In this document: one piece after another, positions 61,811 through 64,000 of the stretch
How the letters are laid out: the number at the start of each line of letters is the position of its first letter
Numbering within the stretch: position 1 is the first letter of the stretch
Origin: a virus
DNA: 64,000 nt
Strand: one strand, 5' to 3'
IMG/VR virus record: IMGVR_UViG_3300045988_174111
Coordinates: 32,001-96,000 of that record
Notes under the pieces: generated by a model
Seen by the model: only the letters and a program-made list of their open reading frames with translations
What the model was told of the DNA's origin: nothing
The model's database searches: none
Translations under genes and position numbers: made by a program

Positions 61811-63328
61811 TTAAGCAGTCGGAAGGCCAATCTTACCAATATTGATGATTCGAGCAATCTTTCCTGGCATATATTCAACAGGAGTTCCGTAATTCAAGAC
61901 AGAGAATGAACGTCTCGGACCAACAATCGCATAGTCAAGCTTCATTGTTCCACCCAGTTCAAGGTATTCCATCATTTCGCTTCCATTGAAATATACGAGA
62001 GCGGATTTTGTACCAGCAATCCAACGGTTTCTATCGTGAACTTCTCCAGCACCTGCACCATCCCATCCAGCAGCCAATTCTGTTTTGGAAACTTCAAAAA
62101 TAGGATAGAAATCAGCCGTATTCTTGTCAACAGGGTCTTTTTCTGTACGATAAATGACGTAACAAGTTTCCGGATACGGGGAAGAAACTGCACCAGTGAA
62201 TTTCAAAGTCACTGACTGTGCAACCCCAACGGCCTGTTCACTATCATTCATCAATACAGGCTCTGATTCTCCATAACGGTTCTTTGCAGTAATTGCATAG
62301 AAATAATTTCCGGCATGAACAGAACCAAATGCGCCCTTGGTGTCAGTAGCAACTTGTACAGGGGTCGAAGAATCTCGAACAGGGGCATTCGGAGCCTTGT
62401 CGGAAGTTTTACCGCGACCCAACTTAATTGGCTGCGCAAAGTCGAAATACTTATCTGCGCGAATATTCACTTTTCCAAACTGGGTAGTGATATCGTTCAC
62501 TGACTGACCCATTGTTGCACCAACAACTCCGCCAGCCATTCCAACAATCACACGTTTTGATTCGTGGAATAACTTAACATAATTGTTGAACACAACCGGA
62601 GAAGAAACAATACGGTCGATAACACCATTTCGGTCATTGACAACCGCCTGAGCAGCATCTTCAATCAAGGCATCGTTCAATACTGAACCATTTGCATTCA
62701 ATACTGCAATGTCCCCAAAATAAGCGTCCAAAATTTGTTCAGATGTCTTACCTACAAGACCACCAGTGATGTCATTGATTCCGGAAATATGCTGAGCAAA
62801 AACACCATCGAATTCTTCTGGAACCTTGTTTGAATCAGCGTCAATCACCTTCTTGTCAAGAATAGTCTGAAGCAAAATTGTCTTGTTTTCAACTTCCTTC
62901 GTGTACAAAGAGCCAACGACAGTCTTAACAATCATTCCCGGATGAGTAACCTGACCAGAAACACCTGTAAATTTCACGACGATTGACTTCCGACGATATA
63001 CAGAATCAGTTTCGGTAGGAGTTTCACCTTCTTGGTTGAAAATACCAACTTCTTGACCGTATTTATAAAGCTGATTATACTGATGAACAGTATTATCAAT
63101 TTTCTGTCGGTTCAATTCATTCCAAAATACCAACTGGTCCAAACGGTTTTCAAGGTTTTTCAATACAGAATCCAATGATTCCGGCTTCAGGCCACCACCA
63201 TTATTCAATTGGTTGTCGTACTGCATACCAGTCAACAGACCTGCTTCCATTGCCTTCAAAATTTCTTCAGAAGACATACTTTCCAACGGATTTGTTGCTT
63301 CCGTTCCTGAATAGTTGTATAAATCCAT
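61811..63328 (-). CDS. putative major capsid protein
   Basis: 505 aa. Immediately downstream of a scaffold-like ORF and followed by a strong terminator. Codon usage looks less AT-skewed than its neighbours. Assignment is by position only. Confidence 0.55.
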   Translation of the reverse strand: MDLYNYSGTEATNPLESMSSEEILKAMEAGLLTGMQYDNQLNNGGGLKPESLDSVLKNLENRLDQLVFWNELNRQKIDNTVHQYNQLYKYGQEVGIFNQEGETPTETDSVYRRKSIVVKFTGVSGQVTHPGMIVKTVVGSLYTKEVENKTILLQTILDKKVIDADSNKVPEEFDGVFAQHISGINDITGGLVGKTSEQILDAYFGDIAVLNANGSVLNDALIEDAAQAVVNDRNGVIDRIVSSPVVFNNYVKLFHESKRVIVGMAGGVVGATMGQSVNDITTQFGKVNIRADKYFDFAQPIKLGRGKTSDKAPNAPVRDSSTPVQVATDTKGAFGSVHAGNYFYAITAKNRYGESEPVLMNDSEQAVGVAQSVTLKFTGAVSSPYPETCYVIYRTEKDPVDKNTADFYPIFEVSKTELAAGWDGAGAGEVHDRNRWIAGTKSALVYFNGSEMMEYLELGGTMKLDYAIVGPRRSFSVLNYGTPVEYMPGKIARIINIGKIGLPTA

Positions 63329-63358
63329 TTTTTAAAAATTTTTATAATTCAACAAACT

Positions 63359-64000
63359 TTATTTTACAAGACGAATGTTCTTCTTGCCGTACAAATACAT
63401 TGCAGCCTCCTTACTTACTTCACCACAAATAGGGTCAATCATGTAAGCATTTGTGCCTTCTCTTAAAGATTTCTGAAGTTCGGGGTCGGTTTCTTCGCTA
63501 ATTGATTTTGCAATCAATTCTCGAACAATCGAACGGTCTTTTGTGACGCTCAATACAGTTTTATTTTCCGAATCCTTCACTCCACCGCCAGTTTCAAGAC
63601 TTTTTTCGATAATTGCTTTACTCAAGTTTTGACTCTTGAACTTTGGAGCTTGGTCGCCTAAAACAATAATCGCCTGACGCATACCGTCCAAAGATTTTTC
63701 AATCTTGTCAACAATTGGCTGCATAGCACCTTCTACGATAGCAGGAAGAGATTTCAGGATGTCGTCCTGTTTTTCCTTCATTCCTTCAAGAACACGGTTT
63801 TCAATACTCTTGACAATTTCAGAAGTAATTGATTTTGCCAAATCGTCTTTTTCTTTGTCTCCACAACCCTTTTCGACATTATCAGGGTCTTCTTTGTCCC
63901 CCTTTTTGTCGGGGTCTTTCTTACCACCTTCTTCATCGGGGTCTTCTTCATCGGGGTCTTCTTTAGAAACAGACTTCTCAAAAGTGATAGCACCTGTTTC
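63359..64000 (-). CDS. scaffolding-like protein, 5'-truncated by the window edge
   Basis: The track begins this ORF at a TTG (63841), but the same frame stays open to position 64000 (ETGAITFEKSVSKEDPDEEDPDEEGGKKDPDKKGDKEDPDNVEKGCGDKEKDD...). Charged, helical, directly upstream of the capsid gene. Confidence 0.45.
   Translation of the reverse strand, partial: ETGAITFEKSVSKEDPDEEDPDEEGGKKDPDKKGDKEDPDNVEKGCGDKEKDDLAKSITSEIVKSIENRVLEGMKEKQDDILKSLPAIVEGAMQPIVDKIEKSLDGMRQAIIVLGDQAPKFKSQNLSKAIIEKSLETGGGVKDSENKTVLSVTKDRSIVRELIAKSISEETDPELQKSLREGTNAYMIDPICGEVSKEAAMYLYGKKNIRLVK

Noticed and set aside
63778-63993. A 71-aa minus-strand ORF (MLSLLRSLFLKKTPMKK...) at the right edge.
   Set aside because: It is an alternative frame of the scaffold-like ORF, which stays open from 63359 to the window edge at 64000. 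The Lys/Thr/Pro-repeat product is a frame-shifted reading of the acidic EDPDEE repeats.
1-64000. CRISPR arrays, integrase or repressor lysogeny genes, rRNA genes, transposases.
   Set aside because: No regularly spaced short direct repeats, no tyrosine or serine recombinase motifs, and no long noncoding stretch that could hold an rRNA. The only mobile elements supported are the inteins and homing-endonuclease genes.

Overview
This window is a contiguous 64-kb piece of a tailed dsDNA phage genome. It is AT-rich, and every credible gene (about 70) lies on the minus strand; the plus-strand ORFs in the track look like antisense shadows. I found no integrase, repressor, tRNA, rRNA or CRISPR array. 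In minus-strand transcription order (high to low coordinates) the modules are: (1) head and neck genes, 64000-58154: scaffold-like ORF running off the right edge, putative major capsid protein with a strong terminator, connector-type ORFs; (2) an accessory block, 58098-53439: LamG-like paralogs, one broken by two homopolymer frameshifts; a small membrane protein; a self-contained promoter-to-terminator cassette with an untracked 41-aa Gly-rich ORF; (3) a giant adhesin with 14 Listeria-Bacteroides-type repeats and BACON-like motifs, 53436-49006; (4) a contractile-tail module, 48922-33048: sheath, tube, chaperone pair, tape measure, baseplate, fibres, and an embedded lysis-like pair; (5) a GIY-YIG homing endonuclease and an HNH protein; (6) replication, packaging and nucleotide metabolism, 30560-124: DnaQ-like exonuclease, TerL, DnaB-like helicase, primase, dUTPase, a predicted thymidine-hypermodification cassette, DnaE-type polymerase, SSB-like protein, Mre11/RecA/Rad50, RuvC, an alarmone hydrolase/synthetase pair, NAD-ligase and an SNF2 helicase. 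Three essential genes carry inteins: SNF2 (class 3 type with LAGLIDADG), DnaE (class 1 with LAGLIDADG) and TerL (mini-intein). Seven intergenic TAnnTTTG(TA) boxes plus the BACON and Listeria-Bacteroides repeat content point to a Bacteroidota host. The best candidates for something new are: the minimal 5-hmdU-type DNA hypermodification operon; the SAH/SAS module bracketed by 22-bp direct repeats; the BACON-like fold split by an in-frame stop between two adhesin genes; and the small Gly-rich-peptide cassette. All domain calls come from motif recognition by eye. No searches were run.
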